DNA of 64,000 nt from Rhizophagus irregularis (lineage: Eukaryota). The stretch covers positions 4,278,001-4,342,000 of the forward strand of contig NC_089435.1 in NCBI RefSeq assembly GCF_026210795.1. The letters run 5' to 3'. The translations under genes and the position numbers were made by a program. The notes beneath the pieces are model-generated. The model saw only the letters and a list, made by a program, of their open reading frames with translations, did not search any database and was not told where the DNA came from. Shown in pieces: positions 1 to 12,964 of the stretch; within the stretch, counting starts at the first letter, position 1, and every line of letters starts with the position of its first letter.

Positions 1-1427
1 TTAAATCAATTAACTTTCTTTTTTTTTGAACACGTAATTGTTTGGCATGTAGACACGTAATAAATTCATTTTCCTAAAAAAAAAAATTATTTTTTTCTTC
101 ACGAAAATTTATTTATTATTATTGACAATTAATTATTTTATTTATTATTATTATTTTTTATTTATTTAATTTAATTTTTTTAAATTACTTATTATTGTCA
201 ATTAGGATTTTCGCCAAATTTTTCCTTAAATGTATATTATTAAGCCTCAATATTTCCTAAATAATAAACAATTTTTAATGTGGCTGAGATTTTTTTAAAT
301 TAGTCGTTGGGGGCTTTTTGATTACCTTTTTTCGGATAAAATGAAAATTTTTTTTTTTATTACATGTCTTAAATTCATTCGTTAAAAAAAATTTTTCATT
401 TTAGATTACAAATTTTTTTTAATTTTTTTTTAACTATAAATAAAAACCAAGTTCGCCAGGTGGGAGGGTGGGCCGCTACTCTGCTCAATAATAACTAATG
501 GCTAATGATTAATCATTAATGATTAATCAGTAATGATTAATGATTATTAAAATTTCACCCAAAGTATTTCCTTAAACGTATGGGTAGATCATGACCGAAA
601 AAGAGTATTTGTTGCAAGTGTTTTGAAGATTTTTGTATGGGAACTTCACGGAGTACATATATAAAAATAAATAACTATTACTTTAAATTATTTTTGCGTT
701 ACAAGGTACAAATAAATAAAATAGTGAAAATGGGGGACTTGTTTTCTATCCTACGATAAAAAAAAATTTATCCGGTATCACGTGATTTTGTGATGGATTT
801 TGAGCATGTGATTTTGATACATACGGTGCAGTTGATTATACATTTCTTGATCACAAAATTATTTTTTAAAATGAAAATTGGATTGTTTTCTTTATAATAA
901 AATTCTATTTTTAAAGATGCCTATTACAATGGTTATAGTTCCTTTAAGCCATTATTCGAATTTACATGTTATTATGGAGCTAAGGGTGTTAACTAAAACT
1001 TGCAGAAAATATGAAAACTTGTAGGAAAATTTCTAGTTTCAACGATGTTATTTTGACGATCTAATTAATGCTATCAGAAAAGTATTCTCTTCTAGAAGAA
1101 CAAAAACTAGAGAGTAATAAAAGAAATCATAATTAATTAGTTGAAGATGTTGAAAAATTTTGAAAAAGTGAACTATATTATTAACATGGCTAATAACACT
1201 TGTTAATACAATAATTTACTATTGTAAATTATTTTATTTAGTTTTTAAATAAAAATTGAGTTGTTTTAAATCAATATTACATTTTATTTTATTTTAATAA
1301 TATTTAAATTTAAAATACTTATATTTGGAGTTAACAAGTTAACACTGATGTTTTAGAGCTGGGATGAGGGTAAGGATTAGGAAGGCTGGTTTAGGCTGAA
1401 AGATTACCATTAGAGTTCGTTGAGTTA

Positions 1428-2361
1428 GGGGTCTGGACGACTGGTTCATTTCACCGACAATCATTTCACCGACAAAGATATTTTAAAGAATAAATGAGAT
1501 ATTTTATTATATAAACATTACAAGTTACCTATTAGTATAGTTTAAGTAAATATTTTCGGTGGTTCTATTGGATAATCAATGTGAATTCGTCTTACCGTTT
1601 GACGAAGTGCATCACGTGATGGATGATACGGGTAGACCGTAGACATCTTGCGATAACCTGTACAGGATTGTCATTTGTTTGTTGAGACCTCTCTTTTAAT
1701 AATTTGATAGTTTTTATAACTTTAACTCGGTTGGCTTCTGCAGATCAGTAGCTTTTTACAGGATGATGTTGAATTGTTGTTGCTCGTCCTTTGCAGTTTA
1801 ACATATCTCGCTTTTCACAATACCAATAGTACATATGATTTCTGTTTTTGTCTTTGACCATAATGAAGCCATCAATGAATATTAATTTTATGTTTATTAC
1901 GAATAAAAGGAGTAACCTCGCAAATATCCATTTCTTTAATTTCTTTAATGAAAGATGAGAATTTAATGAGAATAAAAAAAAAAAGATTTAATTTTATATA
2001 ATATATCTTTCCTTTTATGTATACATTATTTAATTGTATTATACTTCCTAAATAACAATAATAATTTTTCTTGATATTCTCCCGGATGATTTTTATTTAA
2101 AAAGATGGATAAAAAGTTTATCATTATTGGATAAAAATCTATGGTAATAAAAAATTGTGGCTATGTACATATTAATAATTACTAAATAAAGATAATATTA
2201 AAAAAAATTTTCTTTGTTCAAGGTTATTAATAGTAGTTTTTTTTGTATTTTATTAAATCTAACAAAGAAATACATGTTACTAACAAAAAAAAATCCCCCC
2301 TATTTCATACAAAAGATATATATAAAGTTTTTATATTTTAATTTTATATATACTGTATGTC
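1428..2361. mobile_element. Degenerate non-autonomous DNA transposon (Mutator-like), same family as 37697-38225
   Basis: CATTTCACCGACA subterminal repeats near 1447-1474. The ~130 bp block at 2230-2361 (...AAATCTAACAAAGAAATAC...TATATACTGTATGTC) recurs at ~38030-38166. Ends are approximate. Confidence 0.55.
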
Positions 2362-2400
2362 GCGTTATTAACAAAAAAAAAAAAAAAAAATTTTATATAT

Positions 2401-2660
2401 ACTTACATTGGATTGATGATGAATGGAAAATGTACTTGATTTAATTCCTTTTCATGAAAGACATACATGTATAACATTAGCAAATAATGTATATATTATT
2501 GTCAATAATCCCGGCCTTTGTAAAAAAATTATAGTAATGACCACAGACAATGCTTCTAACATGAATGTATTTGGACAACATTTTACACAAATGCTCTCTA
2601 ATAATCATGGAAATATATTATCTCGTCACGTAATATGTGCACACATATCCTAAATCAGTA
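2401..2660 (+). pseudogene. hAT-family transposase fragment (frameshifted)
   Basis: Two overlapping frames give HWIDDEWKM / LDLIPFHERHT...TTDNASNM...HVICAHI. These are the HW-x-D, TTDNASNM and CxxH-like motifs of hAT DDE catalytic domains. Confidence 0.8.
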
Positions 2661-2687
2661 GTAACAAGAGATGGTCTTGATGCAGCT

Positions 2688-2833
2688 GGAAAAGAGTCAC
2701 ATTCATTTCGCCAAAAATCTAGGGTAAGGTAAGAAGATTAGAGGTAAAGGAATTAGGATTAGGATTAGGGTTAGGATAATGTTAAATTAAGTGGATTAGG
2801 ATTTCAAAAAATGACTGTCAGAGCAGCGTCCCC
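2688..2833. mobile_element. Small MITE-like element with internal degenerate TTAGG(G/A) repeats
   Basis: Imperfect inverted ends (CACATTCATTTCGCCAAAA vs reverse complement GACAGTCATTTTTTGAAA) enclose TTAGGATTAGGATTAGGGTTAGGA. Confidence 0.4.
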
Positions 2834-3804
2834 TTTTTAGTAAATTGATGACAATAACATATTGGAATTCAACATATATTATAATAGTAATCTTTAAATA
2901 AATTTATTTTTTAAAAAAATAGACTAATTACTCTCTTTTTAGACATTTGTTACATTATTTAAACCAGTTTATCTTTATCAAGCAACAAATCTTCCTCCAG
3001 CGTCAAATAATCCTTCCTACGTTTAGAGATCTTTGTACAATATTTCTTGTTGATAGCAAATGTAATAAATGAAGCGCAAAAAAAAACACAAAAAAATACA
3101 AGAAATACAAGACCAACAAAAGCATAATGCCAGGAAGTTGCAAAAAAATGTGTCTAAAACTGGATAAATATTGGGATGAACTTGGAACAACTTTTCACGA
3201 AGCAATAATACTTGATAATAAGCTATTATCTTTTGAATAAGATAAAGTATGTGAAACACTTCGTACAACTTATAAAACTTACTATTCATCCAGAGATAAT
3301 GAATATACATTGGTCAGTACAGTCTCCAAGTCTGAATCATCACGTGACTATTTCCGCCAGTGAAGTGAGAGAACGTATGATGAATTTACAGAAGATGATA
3401 TCCTTTTGAAGAATATCTCAATTCACCTATTGAAAATGTTGATATTGAAAGGTAGATTCCACCTGCCAACATGACGCGATACAAGTGTTCCAAGTGAATA
3501 AATGTTTAGGTGTAGCAAAGTTTACAATAAATCCAACAGGAAATCGTCTGAATCCAGAAAGTAAAGTTCGTACATCTCTTTGTCTTTAAAACGGTTCGCA
3601 TCAGGTTTACTAATATAATTGAAATGATTACAGTATTATGATTTATAACAATAAATTACTCATGGTTTATTTTTATGATAATTGTTGTTCGTCAGCACCA
3701 TATGATATGATGATCTGTATAAAGTTTACACTAGTTTGGAACTAATTAATTAGCCAATAATATTAATTTTTACTTATGCTTTAATTATTTGTTTTGCGTA
3801 AATC

Positions 3805-4150
3805 AATTCTATATTTAGCTCACACATACTAAAACTTTTGTTATTCAATAATGGAAATCCAATTCTATATTTAGCTCATTGAACGGAATCACATACCGAT
3901 TTAATCTAAAACTATAATGTAAATCCAATTCTATATTTGGCTAATTATTTAACTCATTGCGGAAAAATTTAATCACATATTGACATTTAATTTTTTAATG
4001 ATACCAACTCTATATTTAGTTATTGATCTAAACTTGATTTTCAATGATGCAACTCTATGTTTGGTTAATTATTTAACTCATTAGACGGAAAAATTTAAAC
4101 ACATATCAATAAATGATGAAACTCTATATTTAGTTTATTTAGTTCATAGA
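3805..4150 (+). repeat. Degenerate tandem array (6 copies) upstream of the FAD oxidase
   Basis: AA(T/C)TCTAT(A/G)TTT(A/G)G core at 3805, 3861, 3927, 4006, 4051 and 4120. The intervening sequence is also related (AACTCATT..CGGAAAAATTTAA.CACATAT occurs twice). Confidence 0.85.
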
Positions 4151-4319
4151 ACAGAATGCATATATCAACTCCGTCTACTTTTTCCGCCTTTTTGAAAATT
4201 AAATTAAATAACAATTTGAGACAATATCAAAGCAGACGTTATTATCTCCTTGTGTAACCTGAATTTTATATTTAATACAAGCATTTTTCAACGTTTGATT
4301 TCTAAAATTTGCAATTAAA

Positions 4320-6119
4320 ATGGCAGACATTCCCATTCCTGAGATTGTTTCTGAAATAAATAATAAACATCAGTTCCCGGAATTCAAGGGTAAGGTGATC
4401 AAACGTAATGATGTTGATTACGATGCTCAATCCTATCAGTATGCATCGAGCTCGCACTTGGAGGACGGAATCATTCAACCGGCGGCTATTATAAAGGCAG
4501 CAGACGACAGCGACGTGATCAAAGCCATCAAGTACGCAAGCGAAAACAAAATCGCTGTGGCCGTGCGCACAGGAGGTCATCAATACAGCGGAGCGTCGTC
4601 CACAAGTGGAAAAAACATTCAACTCGATTTATCCCAGACGTACAAGGATTTTGATTGGGATGATGAGAATTGCACGTCAGTGACGCTCGGTATCAGCTTC
4701 CCGTTGGGCGAGTTCAATGCTAAGCTTAGGGAAAAAAATCGATTTGTGCCACATGGTCAATGTCAGTACGTCAATTTGGGTGGACATATTCAAACTGGAG
4801 GATACGGTCAGTTGGCTAGAAGTTTCGGGCTCTTCTCGGATAATGTCATAAAATTTCGCATTATTACTGCCGACGGTCAAGTGCGTTGGGTTGCTCAGGG
4901 CGAGGATTTGTTTTTCGCTGTGTTAGGTGGGAGTCCTGGAAATTTTGGGGTGCTTACCCACGCCACGCTGCACGTCTTCAGAGACCAAGACTACCCGAAT
5001 TCTCGCGGTCTCAGAGCTGCATACCCATATGACCGTCAACGTCTCAAGGACTTATTGGATGTCATGGTAGAAATGGTCGAAGATGAAAATTTCCCTGCCG
5101 ATTATGACTATTGTATCACAGTGTTGAGTGAGCCGCCGGTTAGGACTTTCGAGTTAACCTACGATATGGCGCATCGCAAAGAAGGTCAGCAAATGGTAGC
5201 TTGGCCTCCGATGATCGTCGTTTTCGCGCAGTGGGCCAATCTACAAGGAGAAAAGCAAACCTATAATCCGGACTTCTTCAACAAAATTAAACAGGTCGCC
5301 GGCAAAGGGAAAGTCCAAGTCAGCGACAAGGAACACACACCAATGTCTACGTTAACCGGCCACTGGATTGTTCCAATTTCACGAGAGTTCGAACTTCCGT
5401 ACATCAAACGTACATACTCGTCCAATTCAAATTCCCAGAGGCTCAAGGAACACAAGTGGACGGATTGGATTTCCGATCGAATCGAAGATGGACGCAATTG
5501 GAATTATGATAAAACTTCCGGTCCAATCGATGTTGGATGCAACGTAGCGGCACAAATTCAGCATTTTGGTGGCAACAACTCACGATTTAACCAAAACGGA
5601 AAGAGAAACTCCACGTCGTTCAGTTGGCGAGACGCGAACATTCTCTGCACGGTAGATGCATTTTACCATAGCTACCAATACGAGCAGACGATAGAGTGGC
5701 AGAAAAAAAACGATGAGGGAGTTGGAAAGCCGGAGGCCGCATTTTGCGAACATGACCGTCGTGTTTTATGGGGATCTTACGATTTGGACTTGAGTGCTTC
5801 TCATCAATATTATTACGACCAAAACCCAGAAGGAAAGTACGAACGACTGTGCAAAATCAAGCAAAAGTATGATCCGTCGGGCGTGTTCACTCCGAACAGA
5901 TTTTGCATCGGCCTCCCAGTTCCGGTGCCTGCGGATTCCAAGGATGGAATTAAAAAGAGAATCAAGCTCTCTGGTTCGGAGACTGCAAAAGAAAGAGCCG
6001 CCGCTATAGAACTCGCGAAGGTGCCCCAACTGAGCGCGGAAGATAGATTTTGGGAAATGGTGTCGACGGAGAGAGAGCTCGGCAAGACTGTTCCTCTGTG
6101 GAATATCTGGCGCGCTTAA
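4320..6119 (+). CDS. FAD-linked oxidoreductase, berberine-bridge-enzyme / AA7-like (599 aa, intronless)
   Basis: Motifs: PAAII..A....DV..AI.YA, AVRTGGHQY (flavinylated His motif), GQCQYVNLGGHIQTGGYG (second-attachment Cys motif), DLFFAVLGGSPGNFGV, and the BBE C-terminal YERLCKIKQKYDPSGVF. No signal peptide is evident. Confidence 0.93.
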   Translation: MADIPIPEIVSEINNKHQFPEFKGKVIKRNDVDYDAQSYQYASSSHLEDGIIQPAAIIKAADDSDVIKAIKYASENKIAVAVRTGGHQYSGASSTSGKNIQLDLSQTYKDFDWDDENCTSVTLGISFPLGEFNAKLREKNRFVPHGQCQYVNLGGHIQTGGYGQLARSFGLFSDNVIKFRIITADGQVRWVAQGEDLFFAVLGGSPGNFGVLTHATLHVFRDQDYPNSRGLRAAYPYDRQRLKDLLDVMVEMVEDENFPADYDYCITVLSEPPVRTFELTYDMAHRKEGQQMVAWPPMIVVFAQWANLQGEKQTYNPDFFNKIKQVAGKGKVQVSDKEHTPMSTLTGHWIVPISREFELPYIKRTYSSNSNSQRLKEHKWTDWISDRIEDGRNWNYDKTSGPIDVGCNVAAQIQHFGGNNSRFNQNGKRNSTSFSWRDANILCTVDAFYHSYQYEQTIEWQKKNDEGVGKPEAAFCEHDRRVLWGSYDLDLSASHQYYYDQNPEGKYERLCKIKQKYDPSGVFTPNRFCIGLPVPVPADSKDGIKKRIKLSGSETAKERAAAIELAKVPQLSAEDRFWEMVSTERELGKTVPLWNIWRA

Positions 6120-6990
6120 AAAGAGAGGGAAACAAACCCGAAATCAACTCTGTAATATTGGCATATTGTTAATTTCATAACCTCCGGTGTTGTATAGAGT
6201 AGTATTATAGAGTCATGCCGATAAATATAGTAATACTTAACGGGATATAAACAATTTTTTTATCGTAAAGTTTATGAATTTAATCGAAATTTTTAATTTT
6301 TTACCATTTTAACTTATAATCAACCGAAATCTCATTTTTCAACTAATTATAAATAAAAAACATTTACTTTTATAAAAAGGCTTTTTATTTTTTCATCATG
6401 GAAATGGTTGTAAATTTATTTTAACAGATAGTGCTTCCAGAAAACCTGGAAAAAAAGAACGTCAATCATATGACAGATACAATAACTTTCTTAAACGAAA
6501 TGGATCTCATGATAAAAATAATAAAATTATAATATAAGTCGTGATTTCAAACTTTGGAAAACGCTTATTTTCGCTAATAAAGGTGCTTGTGTTTTCTAAT
6601 AATCGGTCTTTTGGCTTTATCTTTATCCATTGTAATCGCTTCTTTAACTCCTAAATATCTACAGTATTTCATAGCCCGATCTTACTCCAAACCTTTTATA
6701 TCCAGGAGTCAGGAGATATTTTAAATAATGATTAATTTAAAATGCTGATATAATTACTTTTGGATTAATTGATTATGCATCAAAATTTCAAAATTTTAGA
6801 TTTAAAATATCGCTTTATTAAACTTTGTGTATTTTTCGGTTAAGGTTAGTTTTGATGTATTTCATCTCCAGAATCTTGAGATCTTTGATAAAACATTGTC
6901 AAAATATATATTGTTGTATAAATCCGATCTTTTTCAATTTTTTTTTTATATTTAAGGAATAGGTAAGTAGTTATTAAATACAGAGGCCTA

Positions 6991-7382
6991 CAGTAATTTA
7001 CCAGATTTTTAAATTTACTTAGTAATTTATAGTAAAATCAGCATTTTTAAGACATATAAAGTTTGTCAAAACTCAAAATTTAATAAATTTAATATATTGT
7101 AGTCAATTTTTAATTATTTAAAAACTAACCAATTATATATAGCTTTTAAAAATATAATTAAAGATATATTTTATATTGAAATTCCAAAAGTTATTTAAAT
7201 ATAATTAATATGTAATATAATTATAAAAAGTTGTTATGCTTTACATTCAGAAATTTTTTTATATTTTAAAACTATTTAACTGTTTATTTTTGATATTTAA
7301 AAACTATGATATTTAGCTATCAAATAAAAAAATTTTGCAATTTGAAGATCAAGTATTTAAAAAAAAATTTGATAAATTACTG
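6991..7382. mobile_element. TA-flanked TIR MITE (Tc1/mariner-like; Sola-like not excluded)
   Basis: TA|CAGTAATTTACCAGATTTTT ... AAAAATTTGATAAATTACTG|TA, ~18/20 inverted match. The interior has no CpG. Confidence 0.65.
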
Positions 7383-7637
7383 TAGAAAATTCATTATTAC
7401 CGTATTATCAATTTTCATTAATCATTACTCCCGTCAAGTAATTATAGATATGTGTGGATTATTAACAATTTTGATTATAAGTGATGATGATACCCTTTTA
7501 AATCAAATTTACACGCGTAAAATGAGACTTCATCATTGTAATCGTGTCACAAAAAAATTATTTCTTTTTTACCTTTTCTTCATACCTTTAAATACTTGTA
7601 AAAAAAAAATTTTCTTACAATATATTTTCGATAAAGA

Positions 7638-10600
7638 ATGGAGATCATTGAGATCTTAGATGCAGTGATGGCAAATGACTAAGTCATTTGCCCATTTTGA
7701 GATGACCTCCGAATGACCTTCGAATGACCTAGTCATTTAGGTCATTTGTCATTTGAGTCATTTAAAATTAATGCTTTATAATTCAGGCCAAGTTAATGAT
7801 GCCGGCCAGAATTATGAACTTCTAATATCATGTGAAAATTTTATCCATGAAATAGTGAAATTGTATGAATAGTTCTGGCCAGAATTATGATGTAATTTTT
7901 AAATGACTAGGTCATTTGTCATTTAATGTTGAAATGACCCAAATGACACGTGACCAGTCATTTGAGTCATTTGAGGTCATTTGGGTCACTGGCCAACACT
8001 GCTTAGATGAGGAAACATACGATGTAAATAATGATATATTCAGGTAAGTTTTAAAAAAGGTTTGTTAAAATATAACTTAAAACTAATCAATTTATTATAT
8101 AAATGTTATCAACTAATAGTGATTCTAGTAGTGATAATGAAAGTGTAAAGAGACAGAAATGGCATATTTTACGAAAAATTTTGGTATATCAATCATTATT
8201 TATTCGACCGTACCTATAGAATATCCTGCAACATCTTCTGTTGGTGTATGGAAAAATCATATGTGATGCATTTAATGATGTATCAATTAAGTAATTAAAT
8301 GATTTTTATTTTAGATACAGTATTTCATTGGTATCGGTGGTTCTCCTATTCAGAAGTGTCCCTTTTTTTGATAATATTCCTGTTATAAATATGTAAGATA
8401 ATGCTAAGGAATCAAACATTGTTTCTTTGTTGATTCTGATCTTATAGATGGTGAACATTGCGAAGTAGACTTTGAATCTGATATTTACAAAGAAAATTAT
8501 ACATATATGTAGATAGTTTTTTGATCACTTAAACATAATTAATTAATTTCTTATTTAATTATAGTACATTTCTTACTGCTCAAGATTCACAATGTAAATT
8601 TAAGCAAAATGATACCAATTGTTCCGGACGAAAAAAAAATCTTACAAAATATCGTTGGATTATTGGATGTACTAACTGTAAGCCATAGAGATTGATACTC
8701 AAAAATTGATATTGATTTATTACGCAAATTATTCAATGGAGAAGCTATTGTAAGTATGTTTGATTGGATTTTAATTTTTTAATTTTTTTATTTTTATTTA
8801 AAAGACGGAAAAAAATGCAAATCAATGTTCTACTATTATTCCAAAACTAAAAAATGTGGTATGCAAGTAAAGAAAGGAGAAGCACGTAAAGCTGTGCAGT
8901 TTTACCTGAGAAGATAAAAGATTCAGATCTGGGTATTACTCACGAAAAAGTAGATATTCCAAAACAAAATAAGCCAAGATTGAATGAAATACTGCTTGAT
9001 GAAAATTTTAAAAAATTAGATGAGCCGTGATATGTGAAAATCATTCACTTTGCATCGGCCTAATGATAGTGATCATATGCGTACTAGTAACAAAGCAGAA
9101 ACTGACAAAAGGGTGAACAAAAAACCACGAACAACTTTTATTTCTTAATATGTTATCAGTATTGATGATGGTCGTGATGGTGATTATGATGCTAATGGTT
9201 TGTAGTGCAAGGATAATAGTAATTCGCAATATAAGATAACATTTAATTCCTTCCTTAAAACATTATGCATTATATATTATATTAATATTTATATTTTTTA
9301 AAATTAGTTTGTAATGGATTTTTCTCTCGTAATTATGCTGCATTGGCAAAAGTTACCAAATTTTACGCAAAGATACTTTTTTTGATGGTAATGAAAAGGC
9401 TGGATGATACTTCAAACATGATAATTGTATGGAAAAAACTTGGTGTCGTTTCTGTTCATCATATGCATCTTTTGCTTCTAATGAAACTTTCAACAAACGT
9501 ACAAACTCTTATTGTTCAAATTGTTTGTCTGTTCCTTTTTAAAGAAGGACAGGTAATTCCTCAAACTATACGTAGTCAGTTTAATCATTATTCCGACCAT
9601 AAATGGCTTGTATGAATTTTAATCAGCTTAACAAAGTTGTCATTAATATCATTAAATACCGACCTGGATCATCCACATCTGAGGCTCTTTACACTTGAAC
9701 TTAAGGATAATTCTTATCATTCACTTATCAAATCGTATCCAGCACTTGGTCAAATTCTCGAGGCTGTTGAGGCAAATAGACTTAAAGATTGATTAGAAAA
9801 TGTACAACTTTTATGATAAACAAAACTATGAATGAACAACGCCCAGTATTTTTTGACATGGCATAAGCTATTGCCAAAGTTCTTGATAAGATGGAACGTT
9901 GGACGATATGATAGTTTTGCAGATTTTCTTATTGTATTAATTTTGATAAGTACATTATCAGTTCGATGGATCACTGCAAATTTAGCTGGACTAACAATTC
10001 GATTTATACGCAAAAAAAAAGAAATGAAGATAATGAAATTTCAACATTTATGATATTAATCCTCATATATTTACGGAGCTCATTAGAATCTGGTGATTAG
10101 CCTACAATTATTACGGTCCAACTATATGTTGCTGAAATAATCGAAGTTTGTAGAACATAGTTTCAATTGACACTTCAATGGTACCTCATTTAATGACTGC
10201 TGAGGAGCTTTGTGCAGAGATTTCATCATTTAAAAAAGTAAATAATAGTTATTGCGTCAGTCACGCAAGATCATGCTATTATTATAGTAAGAGTATATAA
10301 AAAGTATAATTAAACTGCAAATATATTTGATATTTAACCAATAAAAGACAAATATCAATTATTTAGCCATCAACAAAAATATCAGTCCGTCAAAATCTGC
10401 ATGATCCTATTAGACTGACCAATAACATATATTACTGTTTATGCATTATCAGCTATTCTACCAGGTATTCCATCACTGGTTTTAGCTGTATACCATCAGA
10501 TCAAAAAGAAACTAAAAGTGATGTATTTTAGAATTAATAAGATCAAATGCTAAACCTATTGAACTATACTTTGATGGTGCTTTTCGTGATCGGTCTTGGA

Positions 10601-11300
10601 TTGGAGAAACTTATAATAATCATCCATCAGTTTATAATGATCTTGGTATTATAATGGTAAATATGTTAATTATTACAGTTACAATTGTTTTACATATTTA
10701 TTATTAAAAGCTGTTTTAATGAATTTAGGATGATAAAGCTTTTTTTCAAGAAAATTTCCTATTGAGATTGGTTTATCTAACAATGACCAACCTTTAATTA
10801 ATGGAACTGATGTTTTTCATCATATTAAAAGGTATGACTCACTTTTAAAGTTTTTCCATTTTTCAACAATTCGTAAATTACAAAAAATAAATAAATTAAT
10901 ACAAGTCGAAATATGCATATTGGGGTACACGGATATTGATGAAGACAATATAAATGATGATAATATTGATGATAATTCATATGCTCAAATTAACCAGATG
11001 CTACTGCAGCATCAGCATCGTATCACAGTAGCAAAATTATCTTGATCAATTAATATTTGAAGAGGAAACTATCGATAATTCATTTGATATTATTAATGGT
11101 GATGTACAACAAAAAAATGAAATAGATCCGTATTTTTATTATGCAAAAATTTGTGGTAAGTATTTACAATAATTGTATATGGAGGTATTGCAAAAAAATA
11201 TGAGTATTTTTTTTAGCTTTGTCTAGTATACTTAAAAAGAATGCAAGAATGCCAAAAATCAAATAATAAAGCAGCAAAATAATCCAAAGAATTATATATA
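7638..11300 (+). pseudogene. Heavily decayed intron-containing gene(s), probably transposon-derived
   Basis: Removing the MITE and one TSD restores MEIIEILDEETYDVNNDIFQ followed by a GTAAG donor. Later coding-like pieces (IQYFIGIGGSPIQKCPFFDNIP; YPALGQILEAVEANRLKD*LENVQLL) are broken by stops and frameshifts. The right boundary is approximate and the span may hold more than one relic. Confidence 0.5.
7663..8001. mobile_element. hAT-type MITE, 339 bp, with 8-bp TSD
   Basis: TIR CAGTGATGGC / GCCAACACTG. Perfect TSD CTTAGATG at 7655-7662 and 8002-8009. Many GTCATTTG/AAATGAC subterminal repeats. Confidence 0.92.
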
Positions 11301-12964
11301 CTGTATATTAAGTATTTTACCATTAATTATATTTTTAATATTTTTTTTTTTCTTTTCCCAAATTTTTGGTTTCACATGAAACCTTTATAGCATTAATCAT
11401 TTATTCTATAAATAGTCAAAAGAAAAAATTATTTTGACCAATAAAATAAAATGTTTTTCCATCTTAAAGAAAAAAATATTTTTATTGTTTATTGAAAGTA
11501 AAATAAGCACGTTTTTTTTTACGCAATTTCCCAAATGCAAGCAAGCACATCTTGCTTTAAATTCTTTAGAAACGTGGTACAAGTTATATTGAATTCATGC
11601 TAGACTTTTTGAACAATGATCTGATTCTAATCGTGAATAACTAATTAATTAAACTTGGTTCTTTTTCTTACAAAAACCGTTATATTCACTTGAGCAAGGT
11701 TGAAACATGAAAAGATGATCATTTCTTTTGAAAATTTTTGTGAAACTACGTCGCGAAATTAATTTCTTATGAAACCAATCAGAATCTTTGAATGAAATCA
11801 AACTTTCGTTACGCATAAAAAATCATTTGATAAATTGATCAAAATACCAAATTAATGAAATTTTCACCCAAATAGTCATTTGTCGAACATTTTCTGCAAA
11901 AATGGATATTTTTTATGTTGATCATTTGTTGATCAAGAAATTTTCCATTGCCAATCATGCCCTAATTTATTATTGATCTAGGCATTCTAGTAAAAAAGTC
12001 CATTTATTCTTAAATATATTAGGATACTATTAGGACGTTCATATATTATTTCATATATTGTATGACGAAAAGAATTTAATAAGGTAAATTTGGGTAAATA
12101 TGAAAAAAAGGATGAAAACAAAGTTTGCATTATGACATAATTACACAAATAATAGGATCCAATGGTCTTTATTAGTTCGACCTCGTTGTTTTCTGATAAG
12201 GTTACTTAGTACATAAGACTGAGATTTTGAACAATCATTATGGAAAGTTTTTGTGCGTGCTGAGTTCCTATGTGCTACTAAAAATTATTATTGACTTGAT
12301 AGATCATGAAGAAATTTACATTTCTTACTTTTGTGTTGATCATCAAAAAATTTTTTTACACGAACAAAAAAAATATTCTAATATTTAAAACTCACAGATC
12401 CAAATGTACACTAGTTTTATTGGGTAATTTTTAGTGATCCACAAATTTCTGCGTTGAAGCCTTGAATTTAATTTTTGTAATTTTAGAAATTTATTTTAAT
12501 TAGTGATTTAATTTTTATTGATCTAAGTTTTATAGTTAAGTATTTTTGAGTAACATAACTTAGTAAGTAGTACTCGACGTACGCCCTTATATTTTGATAG
12601 TACATAGGTGATACGAATAATGTGGAGTAACTCCACAGTGCTACTGTACGGGTGTCAGATGAATGATTATACTGAATTTGGTAATAACAAAAGCCGAATT
12701 ATTAATGCAAAAACATTATTGTTTATTTAATTAAACCGTATAAAACGTATATTATTTTATTTTTATTTTATTTTTTTTTTATATTGTTTAGTTTAAAAAC
12801 ATATCACCTCCTTACAAATATACTAAATTTGTTTAGTACAGAAAATAAGAAAATGGATTACTTTATGATAAATAATGGATTTGTTGATTAGCTTCTTTAA
12901 TATAAATACGGGTTTGTTTTTTTAAAAAAAAATTCAATATTAAAATAATATTATAAAATTTAAT

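Noticed and set aside
503..550. TGATTAATCA palindromic repeats as a Yap8-like regulatory site
   Set aside because: No adjacent gene within the window. The context looks like TE subterminal low-complexity sequence.
2720..2800. True telomere or chromosome end
   Set aside because: Only a few imperfect units, internal to the window and flanked by TE-like ends.
3805..4150. Repeat-spacer pattern resembling a CRISPR array
   Set aside because: Repeats are short and degenerate, spacers are related to each other and vary from 45 to 79 bp in period, there are no cas genes, and the context is eukaryotic.
4302..6085. Several antisense or overlapping ORFs within the FAD oxidase
   Set aside because: These are shadows of a GC-rich coding region and have no recognisable motifs.
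7663..8006. Possible introner behaviour of the full-length hAT MITE (GT in the TIR, AG in the TSD)
   Set aside because: Splicing CA|GTGATG...CTTAG| shifts the host frame to an early TAA, and the host gene is already decayed.
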